A stretch of 64,000 nt of DNA from Arenicellales bacterium (GTDB lineage: Bacteria; Pseudomonadota; Gammaproteobacteria; Arenicellales; JAJDZL01). The notes under the pieces were generated by a model. That model saw only the letters and a list, made by a program, of their open reading frames with translations. It did no database searches and was not told the origin of the DNA. The stretch lies in contig OZ243980.1 in the NCBI GenBank assembly GCA_965214875.1, forward strand, positions 984,009 to 1,048,008. Reading direction: 5' to 3'. Below are positions 48,548-57,764 of this stretch, piece by piece; the stretch's first letter is position 1, and each line of letters starts with the position of its first letter. A program made the position numbers and the translations under genes.

Positions 48548-51403
48548 TCAGGTTGGCGTTTGAATTCGGGTTGCTTTCCCGCCGTGGACCGACGGCTCTG
48601 CACACCACTGATCGCGCAGGACTTGCAAAGAAGGCATTAGGGATTCCGGAAATGATAAGACATCACACAGAAAAGCGCGATCCAGCGCCTGTCGAGCACT
48701 ATCTCGATATGCTTCATTTGCAGGTAGAAATTCTTTATCTTTGAATTCAGAAAAGATTGAGTCGCATTGTTGCAACTGAACGGCAGTCAATTCCCGCGGA
48801 TCGATGGTAGTGTAGTCAGGAATAACGGTTATTTTGATTATGGAACGGCCACTTTGCTGTCGAGTGCCTTTCCACCAATGCATCAGAATTCCCAGTATTG
48901 TGTTAGACCAAAGCAACAACGCGCTTTCATGGTCCGCGTTATGCGCAATAACGTTCGGCCATGCTCTGCCTCCAATACATTTGTCGGGTGTCAGGCACAT
49001 GGTGAGTGATTGGGAATTCAATTGAAAATCTGCATTCCAGTGCAAGCGCGAAGCAGTTCGATGCCAATCCTGCATTGCTTTGGATTCGTATCCTGGTTGC
49101 ACATCGCAGCATGAGTCGGGGTGTACCGCCATCCTGCATTCGCGTTCGGCATCGTGATTCCATAGTGACGGATATTCAGGAATTTCATTGTGTTGAAGTT
49201 GCCGTTTTATGAATGCCCCTCTGGGTGGCGCACCATTAATGTCTAAGCTGTAGAGTCCTCGAGATGCGATTTCGCCCAGTGCTATTGTCGGAATTTGAAG
49301 TTGATCAGCCATTCTAGGAAGCAGCAATTTCCCATCGCAAAGACTTTGCGCGGAATTAATAAGATTATTAGATGCAACGCCTACAAATCCGGCTTCTAGG
49401 ATGCTGCCAGACTGTGCAGTTTGCTTTGGTTCTTTCGCGGTAAGCGCAGCGTCCAATAGAGAAACTGGCCTTGATCGCAAATTCGAAAAACTGATGCTTG
49501 CCTTCGGATCTGGAGTTTTTCTTGCTACCACTAGGATTTCCGCCATCCCGGTATCGGCCGAAAAGGCTCTATCCTGTATCCCATGAGTTGCGATTGACAA
49601 AATGTGGATATCACTGTAGTGCTTGTCGAGCATTGCGCGCGCACTTCTCCATGCTTGGCCCTGAACGGCCGCGAATGGCAATACAAGTGCAAGAATCCCG
49701 CCCGCTTTGAGCTTAAGGTGAGCAAGGTCCATAAAATTGGAAGCTAACCCGGCGTTTCCATTCCCAAACTCTCGTTGGTGTCTACTAAGCGCTCTAGACA
49801 TCGCTTTTTGATCTTCCGCGCTGTTTCCAAATCCTGCGAAACTTGGAACAGGCGTGTTTTCTTTCACTGAACCTTCATGGCCAGTTGGCCGAGTGAACGG
49901 CGGATTCATGATCACGACATCACAGGAGTGGTGTTTGACTGTGAACGAAAATCCTTGCGTCTTGGGTTTTTCACCTCCGCTCAGTGTCTCGCCAGGTGAA
50001 AACAAAGAATAAGCGGACTCGTCTACCTTAGAAAGAAAATCAAGAGCGCCAAGATGCAATCCGCCTGCTTCTTTTCCATAGGGCATTGTATGTATTCGGC
50101 ATTCGCCATAAGCAAGTGCCGGATAACAGCTTGACAAGATTGAGCAGGTCAAGTGGGTTGCGGCGGGCATTATGTCCAGCCCAACAAGTACGCGCTCCAT
50201 AAGTTTCGAATGCAGCTCTTTATCGTCGCCGCCTGTCCTGCGGTAGCGACGGTAAATCGAGCGTTGTACAGCTGACAAAAGCGCCCCGGTTCCGCAAGCA
50301 AAATCAGCGACTTGCAATTTTTCAATTGCGAATTTGTCTGACCAGTCTATTTCTAAACGATCAAGTGCCAGTTCGGCTAGTAAACATGCCGACTCAGGTA
50401 AAGTGTAGAAGGTGGCAAGAAACTTCCGGTCACTAATTAGTGTCTGGAACATTCTGCCGGTAAGGTCGTGATAGGTGGTTGTACCCAGTTTCGACAACTC
50501 AGAAAGAGAATCTGCAACTCGGTCCATCACCCTCGGCACGGCAATTACGGATAGCTCGTTCAATATGTTCCGGGCGATGCCAAAAACTGGCCAGTAGTTT
50601 ATTTCGAGGATCTCCTTCCAGATGGCGAGCAGGCCGAATTTGGATATTGAGCCTGAGGCAGGAACCGGCGGCACATTTTGTTGCGTTTCTATCGCTGAGT
50701 GAAAGACAAAGGCGGAGACAAATATGGCTGCCGCCATCCTGACCGTTTGATCGCCTTCATCCTGATGCAGCATTGCTGCAATTCTCCTGAGTGCGGGTTC
50801 GCCCGCCCACTCAGATATCCTTGCCGCGCATTGTCTAACGGTAGTTTCAAGTATTGAAGTGGTAGAAGCAATTCGACGCGGGGATATCGACACGAATTCA
50901 ATCGCGTCGGCGATATCTTCGACTGTGCCCGTAAGCCATTGCTCGGTTGGCCAGCGAGCGATTTCACCATCTTTTCCTAGATAATGGGTGGCGTACCGGT
51001 AAGTGGCGTTTTCCACTTCATCCAGGTTTCCATGCTTTAGGCTTTTCGGCAGAACGACCGACAGCGCGCCTTCGATGCTATCGCCAGTGCCTCTCAATTG
51101 TGTCCCGATTCTTCCGATTGCATCTTTCTCCACCGTCAGCGCGGGATCGAATTCCGTTTCAACGATCACCGGCTGTCCTTGAGGTGGCGCGATCAATATG
51201 TCTGGTTGCTTGCCTTTTCCGCTTGGTATGGGAGATCGGTTAAAAGCGGACGCACTTTCATTTGAAGGCACTTGAAGCACATTGGTTCTTTCTGCGTGGA
51301 GCGTTTCGTCATTCCAGTCGGGATGCATGCGCTTCAGAGCATTGGCAAGAGCGCCATTCGCTTGCGGCTCGGTATTACGCGGAGAGTCGTTCATGGCGGG
51401 CAT
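48548..51403 (-). CDS. Large N6-adenine DNA methyltransferase-domain protein with type IIG-like architecture
   Basis: Has a FxTP-type motif (LATFYTLPES), motif I VADFACGTGALL (about 50308-50273) and motif IV VIMNPPFTRP (NPPF at 49906-49895). About 330 aa precede the methyltransferase core and include QPDILIAPPQGQPVIVETEF, a D-x13-E-x-E pattern. About 360 aa follow it and could be a TRD. The start is uncertain: Met at 51403 or 51394, or further upstream within the ORF open to 51658. Confidence 0.7.
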   Translation of the reverse strand: MPAMNDSPRNTEPQANGALANALKRMHPDWNDETLHAERTNVLQVPSNESASAFNRSPIPSGKGKQPDILIAPPQGQPVIVETEFDPALTVEKDAIGRIGTQLRGTGDSIEGALSVVLPKSLKHGNLDEVENATYRYATHYLGKDGEIARWPTEQWLTGTVEDIADAIEFVSISPRRIASTTSILETTVRQCAARISEWAGEPALRRIAAMLHQDEGDQTVRMAAAIFVSAFVFHSAIETQQNVPPVPASGSISKFGLLAIWKEILEINYWPVFGIARNILNELSVIAVPRVMDRVADSLSELSKLGTTTYHDLTGRMFQTLISDRKFLATFYTLPESACLLAELALDRLEIDWSDKFAIEKLQVADFACGTGALLSAVQRSIYRRYRRTGGDDKELHSKLMERVLVGLDIMPAATHLTCSILSSCYPALAYGECRIHTMPYGKEAGGLHLGALDFLSKVDESAYSLFSPGETLSGGEKPKTQGFSFTVKHHSCDVVIMNPPFTRPTGHEGSVKENTPVPSFAGFGNSAEDQKAMSRALSRHQREFGNGNAGLASNFMDLAHLKLKAGGILALVLPFAAVQGQAWRSARAMLDKHYSDIHILSIATHGIQDRAFSADTGMAEILVVARKTPDPKASISFSNLRSRPVSLLDAALTAKEPKQTAQSGSILEAGFVGVASNNLINSAQSLCDGKLLLPRMADQLQIPTIALGEIASRGLYSLDINGAPPRGAFIKRQLQHNEIPEYPSLWNHDAERECRMAVHPDSCCDVQPGYESKAMQDWHRTASRLHWNADFQLNSQSLTMCLTPDKCIGGRAWPNVIAHNADHESALLLWSNTILGILMHWWKGTRQQSGRSIIKITVIPDYTTIDPRELTAVQLQQCDSIFSEFKDKEFLPANEAYRDSARQALDRAFLCDVLSFPESLMPSLQVLRDQWCAEPSVHGGKATRIQTPT

Positions 51404-51693
51404 CTTGATATTCGGTCGCGGGCTGCTCCCGATTCTAATTGAAAATATCAGTCGTAATTTGACTGGAATGATGATTGTTCGCGTTTCGTGACGGTAAACG
51501 TGGCGAACCTTGCCTGAAACTAGAATTATAGCCGTTTTGAATGCACAAAGATCACTTCCAAAGCGATGATCAATAGCCCGCCACTTCGATCCTTCGAGTT
51601 TTCCCATTGGGTTATTCGTATTTGCATAAAAGCGACAAAAAAATTGTTTAAACTTCAAAGAGAGGTTTGCAGAACCGACACCGCGCAGCCTGT

Positions 51694-53115
51694 TTAGACT
51701 ACGACGGGATCAATCGGCAGATGGCTGAATATCCCGGATTGCTGCTCGAAGAGATAGCCGGCGGACAGCAGTCCGCTCTCGTCTCGCGGCGGAGCAATCA
51801 GCTGAAGCCCGACTGGCAGTCCTTCGCCTGTAAATCCTGCCGGCAAGGCGAGAGCTGGGCAACTCGTCAACGTTATGGCGAAGGTGATTGCAATCCATTC
51901 GTAGTACGAGTCGAAAAATTCGCCATCCAATGATTCGACATGGCGCAACTGCGCGTCAAATGGCGGCACAATGGCACAAGGACAAACCAGAAGGTCATAG
52001 TTGTCGAAAAATCGAACGGTTGATCGAAAAATTCGGCGGCGCTGCCTTTCAGCTTTGGCAATATCGCCTGCTGTCAGCTTAAGTCCTTGCTCAATGTTCC
52101 ACACGACTTCCGGTTTCAGCAGGCGGGCATTGCGTCTCAGCTCAGGTGCAAGCGTCGTGGCGAAGCTCGCTGCTCGCAGAACATTGAAGCAGTCTATGGC
52201 CGACTTCAAATTCGGGCAATCCTCGATAACAGCAGATCCCATGTTGGCGAAATTTTCTACTGCACGTCGGCATATGCTTTCGACTTCAGAATCGATAGGA
52301 GTGATCCCTAAATCTGGTGAGTACGCAATGCGCAGCGGCGGTTTCGATTTCGATACGGCTTCCACATAAGGAACGGATGATTCAGGATAGCTGAGCGGGT
52401 CTGATGCATGAAACCCGGCCATGCTGTCGAGAAACAGTGCGGCATCTTCGACATTGCGCGCGATTGGTCCATAGACATGGAGCGTGTCGAAGGGAGTTTG
52501 AGATGAATGCGGCACCCTTCCAGGACTTGGCCTTAGCCCGACCACCGAGTTGAAGCTGGCGGGTGTTCTAAGACTTCCGCCCAAATCGCTCCCAGTGGCC
52601 AGCCAGACTTCACCGGCTGCCACTGAAGCACAAGCGCCGCCTGATGAACCGGCAACCGATTTGCTAGTGTCCCACGGGTTGCAGGTTGTTCCAAACACTT
52701 CGTTGAACGTGCTGGCGCCGGCACCGAATTCGGGCGTGTTCGACTTTCCCATGACGATTGCGCCACGACTTTCGATGCGCTGAACCAAAATATCCGACTG
52801 CGACGGCACATGCTTGGCATAGACCGGCGAGCCGAACGTCGTTCGAACCCCCTTGACTTCAACAAGATCTTTTACCGAAACCGGCAGACCTCCAAGCCAT
52901 CCGCGCATGCTCGCCATTTCGCTAGGGGATTGATCCGTCAACATCCTTGCCCGCTCCACGGCTCTTTCGATGCACCGTGTCGGCATCGCGTTGATCGCCG
53001 GCTCCACCTGCTCAATGCGAGCTGCTGAAGCTTCGACAAGTTCCAAAGGCGTTATTTCGCGTCGCGAAATCAGATCAACAGCTTGAGTTGCAGATAGTTT
53101 CAGCAGTTCGTCCAT
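51694..53115 (-). CDS. Amidase-signature family amidase
   Basis: Has the AS block GGSSGGACASVAAG preceded by GKSNTPEFG. The Met at 53115 (MDELLKLSATQAVD) is preferred over the track start. Confidence 0.85.
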   Translation of the reverse strand: MDELLKLSATQAVDLISRREITPLELVEASAARIEQVEPAINAMPTRCIERAVERARMLTDQSPSEMASMRGWLGGLPVSVKDLVEVKGVRTTFGSPVYAKHVPSQSDILVQRIESRGAIVMGKSNTPEFGAGASTFNEVFGTTCNPWDTSKSVAGSSGGACASVAAGEVWLATGSDLGGSLRTPASFNSVVGLRPSPGRVPHSSQTPFDTLHVYGPIARNVEDAALFLDSMAGFHASDPLSYPESSVPYVEAVSKSKPPLRIAYSPDLGITPIDSEVESICRRAVENFANMGSAVIEDCPNLKSAIDCFNVLRAASFATTLAPELRRNARLLKPEVVWNIEQGLKLTAGDIAKAERQRRRIFRSTVRFFDNYDLLVCPCAIVPPFDAQLRHVESLDGEFFDSYYEWIAITFAITLTSCPALALPAGFTGEGLPVGLQLIAPPRDESGLLSAGYLFEQQSGIFSHLPIDPVVV

Positions 53116-53299
53116 ATCGTAGCTTTCGCAATGCAAAACAGGCAATGCGATAAAACCTTTGATATCGATTGTACCGATGGTCTTGGCGTTGTTCGAAGAA
53201 ATTGCCCATTGCAATAATCATCTCCTCTGCACTGAACCCTTATTGCCTGTTTGCAATTGGATATTCCCAAGTTCATCAGAAGTCATGCACAAAAATCAC

Positions 53300-54225
53300 T
53301 GTCCGGGGTCAGATACATGCGGGACTGCCCGCTCTTCCCCGAAGGACGTAGTCCGAAGGGGAAGAGCGGGCGCGCGAAAATTTTTGAGGTAGCATAGTGC
53401 TTCATGCAAATCCAACAGCCGAAAGGCGGGAGAAAGCGACATGCAAACCGAATATCCGCACCGCAAATTTTATCGTCTCGACGCGATCCGCGACGAGCTT
53501 TCGCCGCAGGCCGCCGAGCGCTTCGACAAGCTCGCGCTGTTTGACCAGCTTCGCCTTGAGGGCACGACCGCTGCCGCCGCCCGCACCGGGTGCGGCGGTG
53601 CCAATGGACCGCCACCGAGCTCGAGCTGGTGCGCCAGGCGCGGCAGCGCAAGTTCGACCGCCACGCCAAGCGCTGGCGCTACGGCGACCGCGGGCGGAAG
53701 CCCGGCCAGATGGTCTAGATCGATCATACGGGCATCGCCATCGAGGCCGGCTTCGCGGTCAAGGAGTTCAAGGCCGTATGCCCGTATCGAAGCTGTGCTG
53801 CATGCGCGCCTATTCGCGCGCCACCGCCACCTGCGCCACAAGATTCCTTGACCACCTGATTCGCCAGGTGCCGTTCGACATCGAGTCGGTGCAGGTCGAC
53901 GGCGGCAGCGAGTTCATGGCCGGGTTCGAGACCGCCTGCCAGCGCCGAGGCATCGCGCTGTTCGCGTTGCCGCCCAAAAGTCCCAAGCATAACGGCTGCG
54001 TGGAGCGCGCCAACGCCGCCGGCCGATACGAGTTCCACCAGTCCTGCGCCGGCGAGCTGAGCGTCGGCTCGCTCAACGTCGAGCTGGCCAAATTTGAGCG
54101 CTTCTACAACGCCTATCGCCCGCATCAGGCGCTCGGACAAACGGCGCCCATGCGGGCGTATAATCAGAACTTCTAACAAAGTGCGCTTGCTGCCTGGAAA
54201 GTCTCACATGTATTGAACCCGTACA
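53300..54225 (+). mobile_element. Decayed IS481-like insertion sequence, copy B
   Basis: Has the same TGT-initiated IRs as copy A and is flanked by the 5-bp direct repeat ATCAC (53295-53299 and 54226-54230). The rve/DDE core is readable (IDHT, VQVDGGSEF, NGCVERAN, RPHQALGQTAPMRAYNQNF). It is interrupted by an in-frame TAG (MV*IDH), and the HTH-proximal part is deleted or frameshifted. Confidence 0.8.
53324..53370. repeat. 47-bp palindromic insertion inside IS copy B (absent from copy A)
   Basis: Copy A reads ACATGCGGG|CGCGCGAAAAT. Copy B has ACTGCCCGCTCTTCCCCGAAGGACGTAGTCCGAAGGGGAAGAGCGGG inserted at that point. It forms a 13-bp perfect stem (CCCGCTCTTCCCC/GGGGAAGAGCGGG) with an inner GGAC/GTCC stem. 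GCGGG is present on both sides. Confidence 0.7.
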
Positions 54226-54309
54226 ATCACTACCGTCCTATGGCGAGCTGGCTTATCATTATGTCTGCATAATCGCATGAATTCGCGCATAGCGACGAAA
54301 GAATAAAAC

Positions 54310-55314
54310 ATGTCACGCTCGCCAACTTTGGGAAACCAGTTTCCGGTCATCGATGCTTTGCAGGCATCAAATTGGGACCGTGGCCAGTTCGAACAGCTAG
54401 TCCAAGCTGGCATTGATGCAGTTCATGTTACTTTGGCGTATTGGGAGGATTGCAGGCAAACGCTCGAGTGCATCGGTCGCTGGAATCGCTGGTTTCGCAC
54501 CCACAGTGATTTGATTGTGCCGATTCAGAGCGCTGCGGACATTGCCAAGGCGTACCAAACCAGACACACCGGCATCATACTCGGGTTTCAGAATAGCTCG
54601 CCGATCGAAGACGATCTGTCGCTGGTGGAAATCTACTATGAACTCGGCATACGAATCATGCAGCTGACCTACAATAACCAGAGCTTGATCGGCGCAGGCT
54701 GCTATGAATCCGATGATGCTGGCCTGACCAAATTTGGCCGCAATGTAATTCACGAAATGAATCGGCTTGGGATGATTATTGATCTGTCCCACACCTCGGA
54801 ACGAACGAGTCTAGAAGCGATTGCAATGTCGGAACGCCCCGTCGCAATCACCCATGCGAACCCGCTTTTCTTTCACTCGTCTTTGCGCAACAAGTCTAAT
54901 GAGTTGCTTAAGGATCTAGCGCAAAATGAGGGAATGCTGGGCTTTAGCCTTTATCCGCTTCACTTAAGCGGCGGCTCGCGATGCACCTTGGAGGCATTTT
55001 GCTGCATGGTCGCAGACACCGTGGAGTTGATGGGCATAGATCATGTGGGCATCGGGTCAGATCTTTGCCTCGGCTGGGGGGCTGACAAGCTCGACTACAT
55101 GAGAAGCGGCCGATGGACATTCGATGCCGATCCCGGCGAGGCAAAATCTCCAAGTTCCGGATGGCCGAATTATCCACCCTGGTATCAGGATGCGAGAGAT
55201 CTTTCCAACGTAGCCCAAGGCCTTCAGGCGGCAGGGTTCAGCGATGACGAGGTCGGTAAAATAATGGGCCGCAACTGGTTCCGATTTTTCGAGCATGGCT
55301 TCGGTCCGCAATAG
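54310..55314 (+). CDS. Membrane (renal-type) dipeptidase family M19 protein
   Basis: Carries M19 blocks (DALQASNW, GIDAVHVT, MIIDLSHTSE, GIGSDL). 334 aa. Confidence 0.85.
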   Translation: MSRSPTLGNQFPVIDALQASNWDRGQFEQLVQAGIDAVHVTLAYWEDCRQTLECIGRWNRWFRTHSDLIVPIQSAADIAKAYQTRHTGIILGFQNSSPIEDDLSLVEIYYELGIRIMQLTYNNQSLIGAGCYESDDAGLTKFGRNVIHEMNRLGMIIDLSHTSERTSLEAIAMSERPVAITHANPLFFHSSLRNKSNELLKDLAQNEGMLGFSLYPLHLSGGSRCTLEAFCCMVADTVELMGIDHVGIGSDLCLGWGADKLDYMRSGRWTFDADPGEAKSPSSGWPNYPPWYQDARDLSNVAQGLQAAGFSDDEVGKIMGRNWFRFFEHGFGPQ

Positions 55315-55347
55315 CGGAACCGGCTTGTAGTCAAGCGATTAAGCAAG

Positions 55348-57015
55348 ATGAATCTGCGTCCGCCTTCTACCGTCATGAAGCTGGAGCGACTTGGCTCGTT
55401 CCACGCCACTCGCATCAGTTTTGCACGCACGCTGATCCGGCGCATGCAATCCGAAAACTGGAGCATTAGCGAACAGTTCAACAGCTTGGACGATCGCGGA
55501 TTTGGAGACATTGTGTATCAGATCGATACCCCGGACGGTCCGCTCAGCTTCGTCGCGCATTCCTCCGCGCTAGATGAAAAAGATCGTACCGACCGTGTCA
55601 TCGCCAACAAATGGGACATGTCGTTCACTCTGCGCAATGGAACAACCAGCTTGCAAGATATCAATCGTCTCCGCAGTGAATTGCCGAAGCAGGAAGCTGG
55701 TCGAATGAGCGCTGACGAAATCGTGATGAGCCGCGCAAACAAAAGTGTTAGAGTCTTCAATGCGGTTGTCGACAGTCTGGTGAACGGTCGTCAGCCGACC
55801 ATGGAATCCCTTGCTGACATCGGCTACCTCGCACGAACAACAGCGGTATACGGCAATGGAAAATTTGGGTTGATGGACTTTCACTGGGTGCAACGCAACA
55901 CGCCATTCAAGTTGCCATTTCAGGCGGAAATGCTGACTGTTTTCATGGTCCGTCACTTCAGCTTCAAGCTTGTGCAGCATGTCGCGGACCAGGCGAGCAA
56001 GGGCAGGGCAGTTCAATTGGACCGAAACTTGAAACGACTTCTCGGGGTCGGCAATGCGACCGGTCTCGGCATGGCTCCGTTTTTGGTTCGTCATCCCAAA
56101 CTGATCCATCAGTGGATCAAGGTTCGTGAATGCGCTATCGAACGTGTTAGATCCGTGCCCTGGGTCAATGAGAAAACCCAGTCCCGTTATTTACAGCTGC
56201 TTGAGCGAATTCGAGTGCATATTGATCAGTGGCAAACCCAGGATGAGCGACAAATGGCCCGACTTGCCGCATTGAAACATGAAGTCGATGCGCTCTGCGC
56301 ACAAGGAACAGAGCGACTTCTGACCAAATGGCCTTGGGCAAGTCTCGCAGATGAGCTTGAACAGCATGCGAGCCTAGAATGCATTGAATTGATGCACAGC
56401 ATCATGCTCGAACTGTATCCTTCGCTCGTAAACGAACTTGAGCAAGACATGTGCGCTCGTGAAGACGGCCGGCTCGAACCGCATTCGACGCTGCGCGACT
56501 TGAAGACTATGATTGAGACGAGCTATGCGTGGGCACTCCGGCCGGACTACGCCGACCCTGATTCGCAGCATTACTTCTGGTATGTTTCTGAGGAGAAAGA
56601 GGAACCAAGGCTTGGTGAACGCAGTGAAGAACCGGGGCAAGAGCTGGAGTTGCGGATTGGCATCGGGCGAGAAGTTGCCAACGTCTACCAATGCTTGCAG
56701 TCGTTGTCGAGTTCGCGCCTAGACCAATCGGTCGCGGTATTCCTGCGAGATCATCCTCAGTACCGATTCATCGTTACCCGCATCCATTCCCTGAAGGATT
56801 TTCCCTATGGCGAGATCCGGGACAATCTGCTGTCAAAGGATTGCCTTCCGATTGATCTGCTTCGTTGCAAGCTGGCGATCTTTGGCGCGACCCGATTCGA
56901 TCCGAAGTCCGATCGCTGGACGCGCATCACCTTGTTCCAAGGGGCGCCACTCGCCGATGAGATCGGCAATCAGGATGCCGATGATTGGGCATTTCCAGCG
57001 GTAGCCGGATTCTAG
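55348..57015 (+). CDS. Hypothetical protein, no family recognised (555 aa)
   Basis: A long uninterrupted ORF with host-like composition, lying 33 nt after the dipeptidase gene on the same strand. It has no TM segments or signal peptide and no motif I can name. The start may be the Met at 55375. Confidence 0.55.
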   Translation: MNLRPPSTVMKLERLGSFHATRISFARTLIRRMQSENWSISEQFNSLDDRGFGDIVYQIDTPDGPLSFVAHSSALDEKDRTDRVIANKWDMSFTLRNGTTSLQDINRLRSELPKQEAGRMSADEIVMSRANKSVRVFNAVVDSLVNGRQPTMESLADIGYLARTTAVYGNGKFGLMDFHWVQRNTPFKLPFQAEMLTVFMVRHFSFKLVQHVADQASKGRAVQLDRNLKRLLGVGNATGLGMAPFLVRHPKLIHQWIKVRECAIERVRSVPWVNEKTQSRYLQLLERIRVHIDQWQTQDERQMARLAALKHEVDALCAQGTERLLTKWPWASLADELEQHASLECIELMHSIMLELYPSLVNELEQDMCAREDGRLEPHSTLRDLKTMIETSYAWALRPDYADPDSQHYFWYVSEEKEEPRLGERSEEPGQELELRIGIGREVANVYQCLQSLSSSRLDQSVAVFLRDHPQYRFIVTRIHSLKDFPYGEIRDNLLSKDCLPIDLLRCKLAIFGATRFDPKSDRWTRITLFQGAPLADEIGNQDADDWAFPAVAGF

Positions 57016-57035
57016 CCGCCGCATTAGAATGCGAG

Positions 57036-57758
57036 ATGGCTGAGCTTTCGGAAGCGGAAGTCTATCGCGCATGTCAAAGGGCTTTCTTCGTTTTCGGGTT
57101 TCCAGCCGGCGCGGACGAAGATGCGGCATTGGCGGTGACATGGCTTTCAGCATTGAATCTGGGCGGGCTGCAGAATTTGCATGGCGCTATGGCGATGTTG
57201 CGCGGGCAGCCTCGCCGCGGCATCAAGATGTCGAACAAGGGGCAAGCCGGGTGGAGCATAGACGTAAGCAGCGATGCGGGCTTTTTTTCTGCGATCGAAG
57301 TGATCGATTACCTGTGCGCACTCAGCTGGTCGCATAAAGATTCCAAAGTTTGCGCGCAGGTGCTGGGAATGCGAATACCGCTAATGCTGCTTGCAGTGTC
57401 GGCGCTTCGATCAACTTCTGGGATTGCGTTTGGCATCGAATCGCCTCGTCAGCAAGTCTATTTGCACAACAATCAGATCTGGTCGCTGCGACCGATCGAC
57501 GAGTTGGATGACACTGACCCTGGTGCGATCATTTCGCTGCATTGCATCGTGGCGGACCGCTGCAATCATCTCGATAGAACCAAAGATCTCTCCGAACTGG
57601 CGATCGAAGACTACAAGCTGCGGGTGATGGGCAGGAGGATACTCATAGCGGACCATATCTGGCGTGATATCAAGGCGGTTGCAGCGGAATCTTTTGTTCC
57701 ATCAAGCGAGCGTTCACGTATTCGCGGCGCCGGTGCGGAACTGGACGATAACGACTAG
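57036..57758 (+). CDS. Hypothetical protein, no family confidently recognised (240 aa)
   Basis: The track ORF (56985) overlaps the previous gene. The Met at 57036 (MAELSEAEVYRACQRAFFVFGFPAGADEDAALAVTWL) gives a 20-nt gap. It is co-directional with the two upstream genes. Confidence 0.5.
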   Translation: MAELSEAEVYRACQRAFFVFGFPAGADEDAALAVTWLSALNLGGLQNLHGAMAMLRGQPRRGIKMSNKGQAGWSIDVSSDAGFFSAIEVIDYLCALSWSHKDSKVCAQVLGMRIPLMLLAVSALRSTSGIAFGIESPRQQVYLHNNQIWSLRPIDELDDTDPGAIISLHCIVADRCNHLDRTKDLSELAIEDYKLRVMGRRILIADHIWRDIKAVAAESFVPSSERSRIRGAGAELDDND

Positions 57759-57764
57759 TCGGGA

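Noticed and set aside
46787-51658. The methyltransferase plus HipA kinase considered as a Pgl/BREX-like (PglX plus PglW) system.
   Set aside because: No PglZ phosphatase, PglY/BrxC ATPase or BrxA/B genes are present. HipA has its own HipB partner and operators. The analogy is only superficial, although co-occurrence is still worth testing.
30376-54225. The two direct IS copies considered as ends of a 24-kb composite transposon.
   Set aside because: The interior carries core genes in conserved order (leuA, mltD, rnhA, dnaQ). Both copies are decayed and diverged. Copy B has its own 5-bp duplication, which indicates independent insertions.
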